Positions 1 to 10,077 are shown, counted from the stretch's first letter. The stretch is 57,219 nt of DNA from Candidatus Nanohaloarchaea archaeon (GCA_042217695.1 JBDGSE010000031.1:1-57219), one strand, 5' to 3'. Program-made: numbers and translations. The notes: generated from the letters alone by a model not told the origin.

Positions 1-2
1 TC

Positions 3-2210
3 ACCGAACAGATGCAGAGCCTGGGAGAATCCATGGACTGGGACAACACCTACAAGACCATCGACCGCGAGGTACAGAAGATATCCCAGCTCTCGTTCAT
101 CGACCTCTACGAGAAAGGCCGTGAATACCGGGAGGAATCCCCGGCGATATGGTGCCCCGACTGCGAGACCGCTATCTCCCAGGTCGAGATGGAGGACATG
201 GAGGAGCAGTCGCATTTCAACGATATAGAGTTCGACCTGGCCACGGGCCACGGATCACTCACGATTTCAACGACGAGACCGGAACTGCTTCCCGCCTGTG
301 TCGCGGTCTTCGTACACCCCGAGGACGAGGCAAACTCGCACCTGGTCGGAGAGAAGGCGGAGGTCCCGCTGTTCGGCTACGAGGTACCGATACTTGAAGA
401 CGAGAGGGTTGACATGGACACCGGCTCCGGCGTTGTCATGTCCTGCACCTTCGGCGACCAGACCGACATCGAATGGTACCAGGCCCACGACCTGCCCTTA
501 AGACTTGCTATCGACGAGACCGGCACCATGACCGAACTCGCCGGTGATTACGAGGGTCTCTCCACGGAAGAGGCCCGCGAAAGGATAGTGGAGGACCTGG
601 AATCCGAGGGCAAGCTACTGGACAGATGGGAGATCGAGCACTCGATAAAGGTGCACGAAAGATGTGACGAACCTATAGAGTTCCTGGTCAAGGACCAGTG
701 GTTCATCGAGCTCCTGGACAAGAAAGACGAGTACCTTGAGGCAGGGCGGGAAATCGACTGGTACCCGGAGAAGATGTTCACGCGCTACAAGCACTGGATA
801 GAGGGCCTGGAATGGGACTGGAGTATCTCCCGGCAGCGCGATTCAGGCGTCCCGATACCGGCCTGGTACTGTGAGGAGTGTGGAAAAGAAGTTATAGCCA
901 AAAGAGAACAGTTACCGGTCGACCCCCTGGAGGATGAACCCCCGGTCGACGAGTGCCCGGAATGTGGCGGCTCCCTGGAACCTGACGAGGACGTGCTGGA
1001 CACCTGGGCCACTTCAAGCCTTACACCGCTGATAAACGCGGGCTGGGACGGGGAGGAGATGAAACGCGAAGAGGTATACCCCATGAACCTCAGGCCTCAG
1101 GGCCACGACATCATCTCGTTCTGGCTTTTCCATACCGTGGTGAAATCAATCGAACACACCGGCGAGGTCCCCTTCGACGAGGTAATGATAAACGGTATGG
1201 TACTGGACGAGAACCGGGAGAAGATGTCAAAGTCCCGGGGCAACTACGTATCCGCGGGCCAGGCGCTTGAAGAACATTCGACCGATGCGCTCAGGTACTG
1301 GGCCGCGCGGACGAAAGTCGGAGACGACCTGCCCTTCCAGAAGAAGGATATAAGGGCGGGAGAAAAACTGATGAGAAAACTCTGGAACGCTTCAAAACTC
1401 GTGGACAGTCTCGCACCGGAGGAGATCGAGGAACCCGAAGAACTGGAGGAGATAGACCGTTGGATACTGGCTGAGACGGATGAAACGGTTGAGAAAGTCA
1501 CTGAGATGTTCGAGGACTACGAGTTCGCAAAGGCCAGAGACCTCCTGAGGACAAAGTTCTGGCACACGTTCTGCGACGACTACCTGGAGATCGCGAAGCA
1601 GCGCGACACCGATTCCACACGTTACGCGCTGAGAACTGCCCACAGAAAGTTCCTGAAGATGTTCGCCCCTATCCTCTCCCACGTCACGGAGGAGATCTGG
1701 AGGGATATGTATGGCTCGGATTTCTCGTCAGAGAGCATTCATCGCTCCGACTGGCCTTCAATCTCAGGAGTAGAGGCCGATCTGGAATCGGGAGAGATAG
1801 CAATGGAGGTCATCTCCGCGCTGAGAACCTACAAGAACGAGAACGGCATGGCTCTCAACGAGGAGCTGTCCAGCGTCAAGGTCTTCGGCGATATCGCGGG
1901 CTTCGAGACCGCGATCCAGGAGGTCATGCATCTCTCCGAGCTTGAAACCCTTGAGGACGAGCCCGAGATGGAACGGAAGGTAAAGGAGATCAAGCTGGAC
2001 TACTCGAAGGTCGGTCCAAAATACGGCGACCGTGTTTCAGCAATGGAGGACGCACTTGAAAACAACGAGTTTACAATCGACGCCGGACACCTGGAGGTCG
2101 CAGATGAAAACCTGGCACCAGAGGAGTTCGAGGTCGTCGAGGAAAACGAGTACACCGGCGAGGGCGAGATGCTGGAGACCGGGAACGCCGTGGTCATCGT
2201 GGAAGGATAG
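3..2210 (+). CDS. valS: valyl-tRNA synthetase, 5'-truncated by window edge
   Basis: Frame open from nt 3 with no stop before the ATG at 12. Class I aaRS blocks present: TTRPELLPACVAVFVHPED, Zn knuckles WCPDCET and CPECGG, KMSKS loop EKMSKSRGN. The HIGH region is absent, so it lies upstream of the window. Confidence 0.85.
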   Translation, partial: TEQMQSLGESMDWDNTYKTIDREVQKISQLSFIDLYEKGREYREESPAIWCPDCETAISQVEMEDMEEQSHFNDIEFDLATGHGSLTISTTRPELLPACVAVFVHPEDEANSHLVGEKAEVPLFGYEVPILEDERVDMDTGSGVVMSCTFGDQTDIEWYQAHDLPLRLAIDETGTMTELAGDYEGLSTEEARERIVEDLESEGKLLDRWEIEHSIKVHERCDEPIEFLVKDQWFIELLDKKDEYLEAGREIDWYPEKMFTRYKHWIEGLEWDWSISRQRDSGVPIPAWYCEECGKEVIAKREQLPVDPLEDEPPVDECPECGGSLEPDEDVLDTWATSSLTPLINAGWDGEEMKREEVYPMNLRPQGHDIISFWLFHTVVKSIEHTGEVPFDEVMINGMVLDENREKMSKSRGNYVSAGQALEEHSTDALRYWAARTKVGDDLPFQKKDIRAGEKLMRKLWNASKLVDSLAPEEIEEPEELEEIDRWILAETDETVEKVTEMFEDYEFAKARDLLRTKFWHTFCDDYLEIAKQRDTDSTRYALRTAHRKFLKMFAPILSHVTEEIWRDMYGSDFSSESIHRSDWPSISGVEADLESGEIAMEVISALRTYKNENGMALNEELSSVKVFGDIAGFETAIQEVMHLSELETLEDEPEMERKVKEIKLDYSKVGPKYGDRVSAMEDALENNEFTIDAGHLEVADENLAPEEFEVVEENEYTGEGEMLETGNAVVIVEG

Positions 2211-2224
2211 CACCGTCGAACGGG

Positions 2225-2233
2225 AATTATAAG
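2225..2233 (+). promoter_or_regulatory. TATA-box-like element for prf1 (leaderless spacing)
   Basis: AATTATAAG centred ~27 nt upstream of ATG 2256. Confidence 0.45.
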
Positions 2234-2255
2234 AGTTCCTTCCTCATCTTTTGCC

Positions 2256-3491
2256 ATGACAGAGGAAACCCAGGAGATGTCGAAGTACCAGCTGAAGAAG
2301 CTCATCAAGGAGCTTGACGATATCCGTGGAAGGAACACCGAGCTGGTCTCGCTCTACATACCGGCGGGCTATGACATGTCCAAGATCTCAGACTTTATAA
2401 CCTCGGAGGCCAGCGAAGCGGAGAACATCAAGTCGAAGCATACCCGGAAGAACGTCCAGGCCGCGCTTGACAAGATCGGACGGAAAGTGAAGGAGGAGCA
2501 GGAGACGCCTGAAAACGGTGTGGTGTTCTTCGCGGGAAATGTTTCTGACACGGAGGGCCGTCCCGACATAAAGATATGGGAGGTAGTGCCCCCACAGCCT
2601 GTGGAGTCACGGCATTACCGCTGTGACAAGGAGTTCGTCTTACAGCCCCTGAAGGACATGGTCACCGACGACCGCGTCTACGGTCTAGTGGTGGCGGACA
2701 AGAACGAGGCCGCCATAGGTTACCTTGAAGGCTCCCGCGTGAAGACGGTCTACACCCTGGACTCGAACGTGCCCGGGAAGACCAGGGCAGGAGGACAGTC
2801 CGCGCAGCGTTTCGCCCGCCTCAGGGAATCAATGTACGACACCTTTCTCAAGGATATCGCAGAGAAGGCGAAGAACGCATTCCTGGAAAAGGCGAGGGAG
2901 GACAAGCTTCTAGGCATAATCGTGGGAGGCCCAGGATTCACAAAGGACAAGCTGCTTGACGACGGCTACCTCCACCAGGAGCTCCAGGACAAAGTGATCG
3001 CGAGAGAGTCCCTGAACTACTCCGGTGAGGAAGCGCTGGAGGAACTTGTGACAAAGGCGGAGGAGGCCATCCAGGACTCCCAGGTCGTGAAGGAGAAGAA
3101 ACTGGTGAACAAGTTCTTCGAGAACCTGAAAGAGGAGAACGGAAAATCCGAGTACGGACTTGAACAGGTGCTGAAGGCCCTGGAAATGGGTGCTGTCGAC
3201 ACCCTCCTAATCTCGGAGAACTTCGACCGGTTCCAGGCAAAGTACGAGTGCCCCAACGGCCACGAAGACGTCGTGTACGAGAAAAAACCGGAGATCGAGG
3301 AAGAGAAGCAGTGCCCGGAATGCAACGAGTCGATGGAAGTTGAAGAGATCAGCGACATAGTCGACGCACTGGGCGAGAAAGCGGAGGAGATGTCCTCGGA
3401 CCTCGAGATAATCTCCTCGGACCACGAGGAAGGAGCCAGGCTGGAAAACATGGGAGGTATAGCCGCAATCCTCCGGTACAGGATAAGGTAA
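2256..3491 (+). CDS. prf1: peptide chain release factor aRF1
   Basis: NIKS (AENIKSK), YxCxxxF (HYRCDKEF) and GGQ (RAGGQSAQRF) motifs. C-terminal Cys/His mini-insert (CPNGH...CPECN). Confidence 0.95.
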   Translation: MTEETQEMSKYQLKKLIKELDDIRGRNTELVSLYIPAGYDMSKISDFITSEASEAENIKSKHTRKNVQAALDKIGRKVKEEQETPENGVVFFAGNVSDTEGRPDIKIWEVVPPQPVESRHYRCDKEFVLQPLKDMVTDDRVYGLVVADKNEAAIGYLEGSRVKTVYTLDSNVPGKTRAGGQSAQRFARLRESMYDTFLKDIAEKAKNAFLEKAREDKLLGIIVGGPGFTKDKLLDDGYLHQELQDKVIARESLNYSGEEALEELVTKAEEAIQDSQVVKEKKLVNKFFENLKEENGKSEYGLEQVLKALEMGAVDTLLISENFDRFQAKYECPNGHEDVVYEKKPEIEEEKQCPECNESMEVEEISDIVDALGEKAEEMSSDLEIISSDHEEGARLENMGGIAAILRYRIR

Positions 3492-3521
3492 ATTCTTTAA
3501 TAGCGGTTCCAAAACCTCCGT

Positions 3522-4088
3522 ATGGAAGATTCACTGGAGAAAGTCGATCTCACCGGAGACAGGTACACGGTAAAACAGCAACTGGTGAGAAACCGGTACC
3601 AGGTTTTCAACTCTGAAGACGAACTGGTACTCGAGGCGGCGCAGAAACTCTTCAAGATGAAGGAGGACTTCCGGTTCAGGAACGCGGAGGGCGACCCCGT
3701 GTTCCGGGTTCAGGCCGAGAAACGCATGGACTTCTCCGGGGACTACGTTTTAACCGAGGAAGACACCGGCGACACCCTGGCGGTCCTGAACAAGAACTTC
3801 ACGTTCTTCCGGCACCGCTGGAACATAAAGAACCCGGAGGGGGAAGAGGTAGCAGTAATCGAGAGCAGGAGCCTGCTGCTCGATGTCCTCAGGGTCTTCT
3901 CCGACATCCTGTCGATATTCCCGCACAAGTACACCATCAAGACACCTGAAGGGGAGATGATCGGCGAGATAGAGGGGAAGTTCTCGCTGCGCGACACATA
4001 CACAGTAAGGATAGAGGATGCGCGGGGACTGCCCAAGGAATCGCTCGTGGCCGCCGCTATAACTGTTGACGCCCTGGAAGGCAACTAG
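3522..4088 (+). CDS. hypothetical protein (possibly LURP-one-related/tubby-like beta-barrel family; unverified)
   Basis: 188-aa acidic ORF with a repetitive beta-hairpin-like pattern. TATA-like element ~23 nt upstream of the ATG. The family guess comes from a remembered pattern only. Confidence 0.6.
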   Translation: MEDSLEKVDLTGDRYTVKQQLVRNRYQVFNSEDELVLEAAQKLFKMKEDFRFRNAEGDPVFRVQAEKRMDFSGDYVLTEEDTGDTLAVLNKNFTFFRHRWNIKNPEGEEVAVIESRSLLLDVLRVFSDILSIFPHKYTIKTPEGEMIGEIEGKFSLRDTYTVRIEDARGLPKESLVAAAITVDALEGN

Positions 4089-7000
4089 AGCCGGTCTCTC
4101 AAACGTTCAAGGACCGCGTTGGCCTCCTCGTAGTTTGAGGCAGAGATGGCCTGTTCCGCCTCCTGTATCATCTTGCCGATACCGGGGTCTCTCGGGAGGG
4201 CTCCGGTCTCCATACCCTTCCTGACGAGTTCCGTGGTCTCCGAGAGTTCACGCCTCAACCTCTTCTTCCTCAGTACATGGAACCCGTAGAACCCGGCCAG
4301 GGCCAGGACCAGGATAAAACCGGCCAGGGCTGCGAGCATCACCGGTCCGAGGTAGGCATCCTCCTGCCTCTTCTGGACCTGGTTGGCCTGCTGGGCCTTC
4401 TCTATGGCAGCGGAGTAGTTGCCCTGCCGGTATTCCTGTTTGGCCCTTCTCAGCAGGTGCTGTGCTTTCCCTGAACTTACTTTCTCCTCCACCGTCTCTA
4501 TCATCTTCTCCGCGGTATTTTTCTTCCGCCAGACCTCACAGCTTTCAACCCGGGACCAGTTCCCGGAGACGTCGTCCCTCTCCATGGTCCGGCAGGTGTC
4601 CGTCCGGCTGTTCGCGGCCGCCACCATAACATCGTGTTCAGGCGCGGCAAGCACGTATCTCCCGGAGGAAAGTGTCGCGGACAGGTCAGCTGAGACCTTC
4701 CTCTCAGGAGCGTAGATACCCATCTCTCCGCGTGAAAAATTGTTTCTCTCGAGCCAGGCCGAGGGGTATGAGAACTCTGTCCTTACAGCCACAGGCGTGT
4801 CCAGACGGAGTGCCTGGAAGACCTCGAGTTCCTCTCTATCCATCTGCAGTGCCTGGAACACCGCGGAACCGTTCTCCACTGTCCCGGAAAAGTTCACCGA
4901 TTCTATACCCAGACCGTTCTCCGGTACTGAAAGCCTGAGAGACTCGTTCTCCAGGTAGAGGTTTTCCACCCTTACAGAGTCGTTGTCCGCCTCCACCACT
5001 ACCTCCGGAGTGGGGGCGAAGCCACCACCGAACGATGGTGCGGGAGTCGTGGACCCTGGATTCTCCTCCGTGACAGGTCTTCCAAGGGCATAGGCCTCCG
5101 CCGCCTCGTACGTGGCGAGTTCCAGTACCTCATCTTTCAGGCTCCTGTTGGCTATCCGCGCCTGCTTCCATCCCGACTCGCAGCTGCCGTTTAACAGGTG
5201 TTCCGTGCAGCGGTAGAGCGTGTAATCTCCCGGTTCTATCCCCAGTTTCGAGGTGTTGTAGAGCCCCCGGAAACCGTGCAGCGGGGACGGGTAGTGCTGC
5301 ACGGATTTCACCACGAGATTCCTGTCGCTGAAGTCCGCGGTCTCCCGGGTGTAGTATGTCTCCAGGTCCGAGTAGTTCATGGAGATATTTCTGTACAGCC
5401 ACACGGTGTGGAACGCTCCAGCGTCCAGCGGCTGATTGAGGACCTGTAACGTGTATGAAGCCGGAACTCCGGAGAGGTCAGGTACAGGCCTGGACGCGGT
5501 ACCCTTTACCTCCCAACCGAACAGGAACGCCTCTCCGCTGGAGGGGCCGACAGAGAGGAAACGCGTTACCGGGGCGGTGCCGTTGGTCACGTTCATGGTC
5601 AGGTTGTAGGCCGGGAACACCCGGAAACTTTCATTGAATGTGTTCACTCCACCACTCTTCCCGGTTATGTTGACGGAAAGATTGTAAGTGCCGCTGTCCA
5701 GCGACGGGACATCCAGGTCCAGCGACGTGTTCCGGACCGGTTCACCGGTCGGACCGTATGTCGAGGTCGTGGTGGTTGCAGTGATGTTTCCGTCAAGACT
5801 CCAGGAACCTGTCGAGTTGTATACCCGGGCAGAGCTAGTGTCGTAGCCGGGCCCGTACAGCTGTAGCTCCAGGTCGAATTTTCTCCCCTCCATGGGGAAC
5901 CCGGCTCTCAGGGATGCCTGGGGCGGCGCGGAGACCTCTGCCAGGAATGTCTCGACGTGTTTACCGTAGATACTGCCGGACCGGTTCTGGTATATCGTGA
6001 GAGTGTATTCTCCGTAGTTCTGGGGGATGAATCCTGTGTAGCCTGCAGGTTCCGGCCTTCCTATGGAGAGGTTGTCGAGGTAGACCGAGCCACCGACCTC
6101 TGGCCCACCCGAGTACCTCCAGCTGAAGTTGTATACATGGCCGGATTCCATGAGGTATGTCTCCCGGCTCCAGCCAGTCGCCATGTAGTCCGTGAGTACG
6201 TCCTTCCCGTTGGCCTGGAACACCAGGTGGCCGTCCGGCAACACCCGGTAGTAGAACTTCAGGACCCGGTCCCTCTGGGCCATGTAACTGAAGTTGAGGT
6301 AGGATACCTGGTCCGCGGATATATTGCCTGTGACCGCGCTTTTCGCCCCGCTGTAGGAGATGGTGGCCAGGCTCCAGGCTCTATCCCCGGAGGTCGACCA
6401 GTTCGAACCCACCGCGGCGGAAAGGCTGTCGGCCTCAAACCCCTGACTGTAGACAGGTCCCAGCGCCGCCCAGGACTCTCGGGCATGGAAGGTGTGGCTC
6501 CATGAGAGATCGGACCTGTTTATCCGGATGGTTGCCGGCTGCTGCACCACCAGTTCGAGTTCCTTCCTGGCATAGGACCCCGTGGTGTCAGGATTGAACT
6601 CCACCACCTCGATCTTCTGAGGGCTGGAAACGGCGAGGTTTCCGAAGGAGTCTTTCACCCAGATCCTCCAGTAGAGATCCATCGGGCTGGAGATGCCGTT
6701 CTCTAGGAAGGATACCGAGGCGTTAATACCGTATTTCGAGCGGGTGGTGAGGTTCTGCCAGGAACCGGTACTGTTGGCGGCCAGGGTCACCGAGGAAAGG
6801 TTGTAGTTGTCAGACACGGAGGCGTTGAAAAATATGGAGGTGTTCACCAGTGCCTCTCTCCAGTCCGGCGAGGAGACTGTTACGGACGGAGGTTTCAACT
6901 CCTCTACCCTGAAGCCTCTCTCTATACTCGCGTTGTCTCCCAACCTGTCGACCGCTCTCACAGTTACTGTGCCCTCTACCCCGGAACTGCCGGTGGTGAC

Positions 7001-9385
7001 GTTGACCTGGAAACCCGAGGTGATGTTCTCCATCTGTTTCTCCACAGTCTTCGAGGGCCCCTCATAGACCAGTTTTACCTCTGCGGTATTGTTCTCCGGG
7101 TCCGTCACCTCCACCGTGAAGATCGCCTTCGAATCCTGTGAGAGCACTGATGTCTCCACAAAACTCCTGTTCCTCAGGCTGTAGTTGCGGAGCACCGGCG
7201 GCCTGTTCTCCTCCAGCATCTCGACGGCGGTATCGGAGTTGCCCACCTGGTCTGTGACTTTAACCCTGTAGAAGAGCTGGTCGCTGAACTCGGGTGCCGA
7301 CAGGTTGAAGCTCACGTTCGCGGTGAGGTTACCACCGAGACCTTTCTCCGCGTACCTCTTCCAGGTCCCTGTGGAGTTCATGAAAACCGCCGCCCTGTCC
7401 AGACCGTAACGGTCCGAAAGGTCGGCCTCGACCCGGAAAGATGTATCCGGCTCCAGGCTGGACAGGTTCGCTGCTACCGCGTCCACGGAGGGCTGAGTGG
7501 AGTTGTAGTACACGTATGCCGTTTCACGGTCCGTGCCCGACGAACCCGAGGACTCGGCGAGACTGAAGTAAAGCGTGTTGTTGCCCGGGGCGAGAGGCAC
7601 CTGAACAGAACCTTCCCGGACATCCTTCTGCTCCCAGAGAGTGTAGACCTCTCCGTCTACCGTCACGGTGGCGGTTGTCTTCTCCGGGTAGGGGGCCGCA
7701 GTCAGGTTCACCGTGAGTTCTTCGGCCTCGACAGCTATCTGGCTGGCGGGCTCGGTCGATGCTATGAGAGGCTTGTACCTCACCCTTGTAAAGGAGTAGG
7801 GTAATGACAGCGATTTCCGGGAAGAGTTGCTTTCGAGCACGATCTCGCCGGAAAACGTCCCGCTCAGCGCAGTGGCGTTGATGGATACCTTTACAGGGGC
7901 TGTAGATCCCGGCTCGAGAAGGAGACTCGAGTCATTAAATTTCACGGCGTCATCGGTATCGCCCGAAAGGTCCTCCGCCAGTGAGGCAGAGAGATTTACC
8001 TGGAGGGTGGAGGTGCCGTTGTTCTGGATTTCAAGGATTTTCACGGCCTCCAGCCGGTCCGAGAGGTTTCCGAAGTCCATCACCGCGGGTTCGGTGAGGA
8101 TGACCGTGTCGTCGGCCCGGGAAACGTTTACCAGGCCGGAACCCGCAGTAAATTCTCCGTAACCCAGTTCCGTTGCCGTGGTCACCAGCGCGGATTTGAC
8201 GTCCTGCGGCGTCCAGCTGGGATGCGACTGAAGTATCAGGGCTGCAGCACCGGAGACCACGGGGGCGGCCATCGAAGTCCCGGATTTCTTCGTGTAGTCT
8301 CCGGCGGCACAGCCATCGCCTGACCCGAGGGAGGTGGAGCACACCCTGCTACCAGGCGCCACCACATCCGGTTTCAGTATCATCGTGCCGTCCCATGTCA
8401 CAGGACCGCGGGAGGAGTAGGAGGCGATAGTGCCATCCTTGTCCACGGCCCCGACCGTGATCGCGGTCTGTTCCACGCCCGGGGAAGCTATGGAATAGTA
8501 TGTCCCGGCGTTACCCGCTGCCACAACGGCGACAGTACCGTTGGCCACCGCGTTCGCGACCGCATCCGAGAGAGGGTCGTCCGGGTTCCCGTCCCCTCCC
8601 AGGCTCAGGGAGATTATATCGGCGCCGTCCATGACCGCCTGTTCGATACCGCTTATGATATCGCTGGTGTATCCAACGCCCTCAGAGTTCAGGACCTTGT
8701 AGGCCAGTAGCTTCGCGCCGGGTGCCACCCCCTTCAGGGTGCCGTTGGCCGCCACTATCCCGGCGACGTGTGTCCCGTGCCCGTTGTTGTCCATCGGGTC
8801 GTTGTCACCGTTCACGAAGTCGTAGCCTCCAACCACTTTCTCACATGAACCTCCGGTGAACTCCGAGGTGGTGCAGCCTCCCAGGGCAGGATGGGTGTAG
8901 TCGACCCCTGTATCGATGACCGCCACCGTCACTCCCTTACCTGTGTGGTTGGCTCCGGAAACAGTCTCCGACCATACACCGCCAACCCCTATCATAGGTT
9001 TAACATCGTCAAGAGTGGTACTGTAGATCTGGTTCCGGTAGACCGCCTCCACCCGGGGCATGCCCCGGATCTGCTCCAGCTCTTTCCTGCTTACACCGCG
9101 AAGGGCGTACCCGTTAAAGACGCGGCTGTACTCGTTTTTCACCTTCAGACTGCCTCTAACATCTTTCAGGTTTGCCCTGAAGTTGGCGTGCGTCACGGCC
9201 ACGGCACTGGCGTGTATACTGCCCGGGTTGGCGACAACCGGTTTGCCCTCCAGCTCCACGATGTAAGAACCTTCCAGGTATCCGCTAGCGGGTTCTCTCT
9301 TCTTCGAGATACCGGCGGAGGCCACGAGACCGATCGACAGCAGGACCAGAAAGAGTGCAGTGAACTGTTTTTGCCTTGAAGCCAT
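4085..9385 (-). CDS. giant membrane-anchored subtilisin-like (S8) serine protease / surface protein
   Basis: Signal-like N-terminus MASRQKQFTALFLVLLSIGLVASA and an I9-like propeptide region. Catalytic D158 (VAVIDTGVD), H203 (NGHGTHVAG), N292 (AAGNAG), S371 (SGTSMAAP). About 1250 aa of sequon-rich (N-x-S/T) ectodomain follow, then one TM (GPVMLAALAGFILVLALAGFYGFHVL, nt 4271-4348) and a 61-aa helical tail. Confidence 0.9.
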   Translation of the reverse strand: MASRQKQFTALFLVLLSIGLVASAGISKKREPASGYLEGSYIVELEGKPVVANPGSIHASAVAVTHANFRANLKDVRGSLKVKNEYSRVFNGYALRGVSRKELEQIRGMPRVEAVYRNQIYSTTLDDVKPMIGVGGVWSETVSGANHTGKGVTVAVIDTGVDYTHPALGGCTTSEFTGGSCEKVVGGYDFVNGDNDPMDNNGHGTHVAGIVAANGTLKGVAPGAKLLAYKVLNSEGVGYTSDIISGIEQAVMDGADIISLSLGGDGNPDDPLSDAVANAVANGTVAVVAAGNAGTYYSIASPGVEQTAITVGAVDKDGTIASYSSRGPVTWDGTMILKPDVVAPGSRVCSTSLGSGDGCAAGDYTKKSGTSMAAPVVSGAAALILQSHPSWTPQDVKSALVTTATELGYGEFTAGSGLVNVSRADDTVILTEPAVMDFGNLSDRLEAVKILEIQNNGTSTLQVNLSASLAEDLSGDTDDAVKFNDSSLLLEPGSTAPVKVSINATALSGTFSGEIVLESNSSRKSLSLPYSFTRVRYKPLIASTEPASQIAVEAEELTVNLTAAPYPEKTTATVTVDGEVYTLWEQKDVREGSVQVPLAPGNNTLYFSLAESSGSSGTDRETAYVYYNSTQPSVDAVAANLSSLEPDTSFRVEADLSDRYGLDRAAVFMNSTGTWKRYAEKGLGGNLTANVSFNLSAPEFSDQLFYRVKVTDQVGNSDTAVEMLEENRPPVLRNYSLRNRSFVETSVLSQDSKAIFTVEVTDPENNTAEVKLVYEGPSKTVEKQMENITSGFQVNVTTGSSGVEGTVTVRAVDRLGDNASIERGFRVEELKPPSVTVSSPDWREALVNTSIFFNASVSDNYNLSSVTLAANSTGSWQNLTTRSKYGINASVSFLENGISSPMDLYWRIWVKDSFGNLAVSSPQKIEVVEFNPDTTGSYARKELELVVQQPATIRINRSDLSWSHTFHARESWAALGPVYSQGFEADSLSAAVGSNWSTSGDRAWSLATISYSGAKSAVTGNISADQVSYLNFSYMAQRDRVLKFYYRVLPDGHLVFQANGKDVLTDYMATGWSRETYLMESGHVYNFSWRYSGGPEVGGSVYLDNLSIGRPEPAGYTGFIPQNYGEYTLTIYQNRSGSIYGKHVETFLAEVSAPPQASLRAGFPMEGRKFDLELQLYGPGYDTSSARVYNSTGSWSLDGNITATTTTSTYGPTGEPVRNTSLDLDVPSLDSGTYNLSVNITGKSGGVNTFNESFRVFPAYNLTMNVTNGTAPVTRFLSVGPSSGEAFLFGWEVKGTASRPVPDLSGVPASYTLQVLNQPLDAGAFHTVWLYRNISMNYSDLETYYTRETADFSDRNLVVKSVQHYPSPLHGFRGLYNTSKLGIEPGDYTLYRCTEHLLNGSCESGWKQARIANRSLKDEVLELATYEAAEAYALGRPVTEENPGSTTPAPSFGGGFAPTPEVVVEADNDSVRVENLYLENESLRLSVPENGLGIESVNFSGTVENGSAVFQALQMDREELEVFQALRLDTPVAVRTEFSYPSAWLERNNFSRGEMGIYAPERKVSADLSATLSSGRYVLAAPEHDVMVAAANSRTDTCRTMERDDVSGNWSRVESCEVWRKKNTAEKMIETVEEKVSSGKAQHLLRRAKQEYRQGNYSAAIEKAQQANQVQKRQEDAYLGPVMLAALAGFILVLALAGFYGFHVLRKKRLRRELSETTELVRKGMETGALPRDPGIGKMIQEAEQAISASNYEEANAVLERLRDRL

Positions 9386-9411
9386 TGCATCATACGCTGC
9401 GTGAAAGCCCT

Positions 9412-9419
9412 GTTTAAAC
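9412..9419 (-). promoter_or_regulatory. TATA-box-like element for the giant protease gene
   Basis: GTTTAAAC ~30 nt upstream of ATG 9385, directly beside the DedA stop codon. Confidence 0.4.
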
Positions 9420-9420
9420 C

Positions 9421-10077
9421 TTATTCAGGGAGTAACCGGAAGAGCTGTATGTAGAAGTCCTGGGCCTTACGGTACGCTATTATCCCGGCGACCGCTCCGG
9501 CCACGAGCAGCAGCACCGCGGTCGATAAGGTATCGATCTTCGAGGCCAGCAACAGGAAGTCGTCCTTCACGCGCCAGCCTATGAACGCGAGGACAAAGTT
9601 CCGGGGCATCATCCCGATAAAACTCCAGACCCCGTACTCCCTCCAGTCCATCCTGAAGAGCCCTGCAGCCCCTGAGATGAGAGAAAGCGGTACCACTGGC
9701 ACGGCACGGAAAAGCGCGACGTAGTATCTCTCCCTGCCGGAATCAAAGTGGCTTTCAAGCTCCTGGACCTCCTCCCAGCGGATATCAAGGTAACGCCCCC
9801 ACCGGTCTATCACCGGCTTGCCGCCGTGGAAGGCGATGGCGTAGACGAAGTACGAGCTGAGTACCGAGGCGATGGATGCCGGCAGGGCTATAACAAACAG
9901 TATCTGGAGCAGTGCGGCGGGAACCGTGGCCGCGTCAACTATTATGAAACCGGCCGCCATCGGCACCACCGGCGACGGGATAGGTACGAAGACCTCCTCT
10001 ATAACCATCCCCAGGACCACTGCCAGCACACCGTGCTGCTGTACAAGCTGGACCAGGAGCTGGGCGCCGAAATCCAT
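9421..10077 (-). CDS. DedA/SNARE-associated family membrane protein
   Basis: Polytopic 218-aa ORF with DedA-like blocks EEVFVPIPSPVVPMAAGF and ALFRAVPVVPLSLISGAAGL. Confidence 0.75.
   Translation of the reverse strand: MDFGAQLLVQLVQQHGVLAVVLGMVIEEVFVPIPSPVVPMAAGFIIVDAATVPAALLQILFVIALPASIASVLSSYFVYAIAFHGGKPVIDRWGRYLDIRWEEVQELESHFDSGRERYYVALFRAVPVVPLSLISGAAGLFRMDWREYGVWSFIGMMPRNFVLAFIGWRVKDDFLLLASKIDTLSTAVLLLVAGAVAGIIAYRKAQDFYIQLFRLLPE

Noticed and set aside
4271-4348. PGF-CTERM/archaeosortase sorting signal on the giant protease
   Set aside because: The hydrophobic segment is followed by a 61-aa structured tail rather than a short basic terminus, and there is no PGF tripeptide. I interpret it as a conventional TM anchor.
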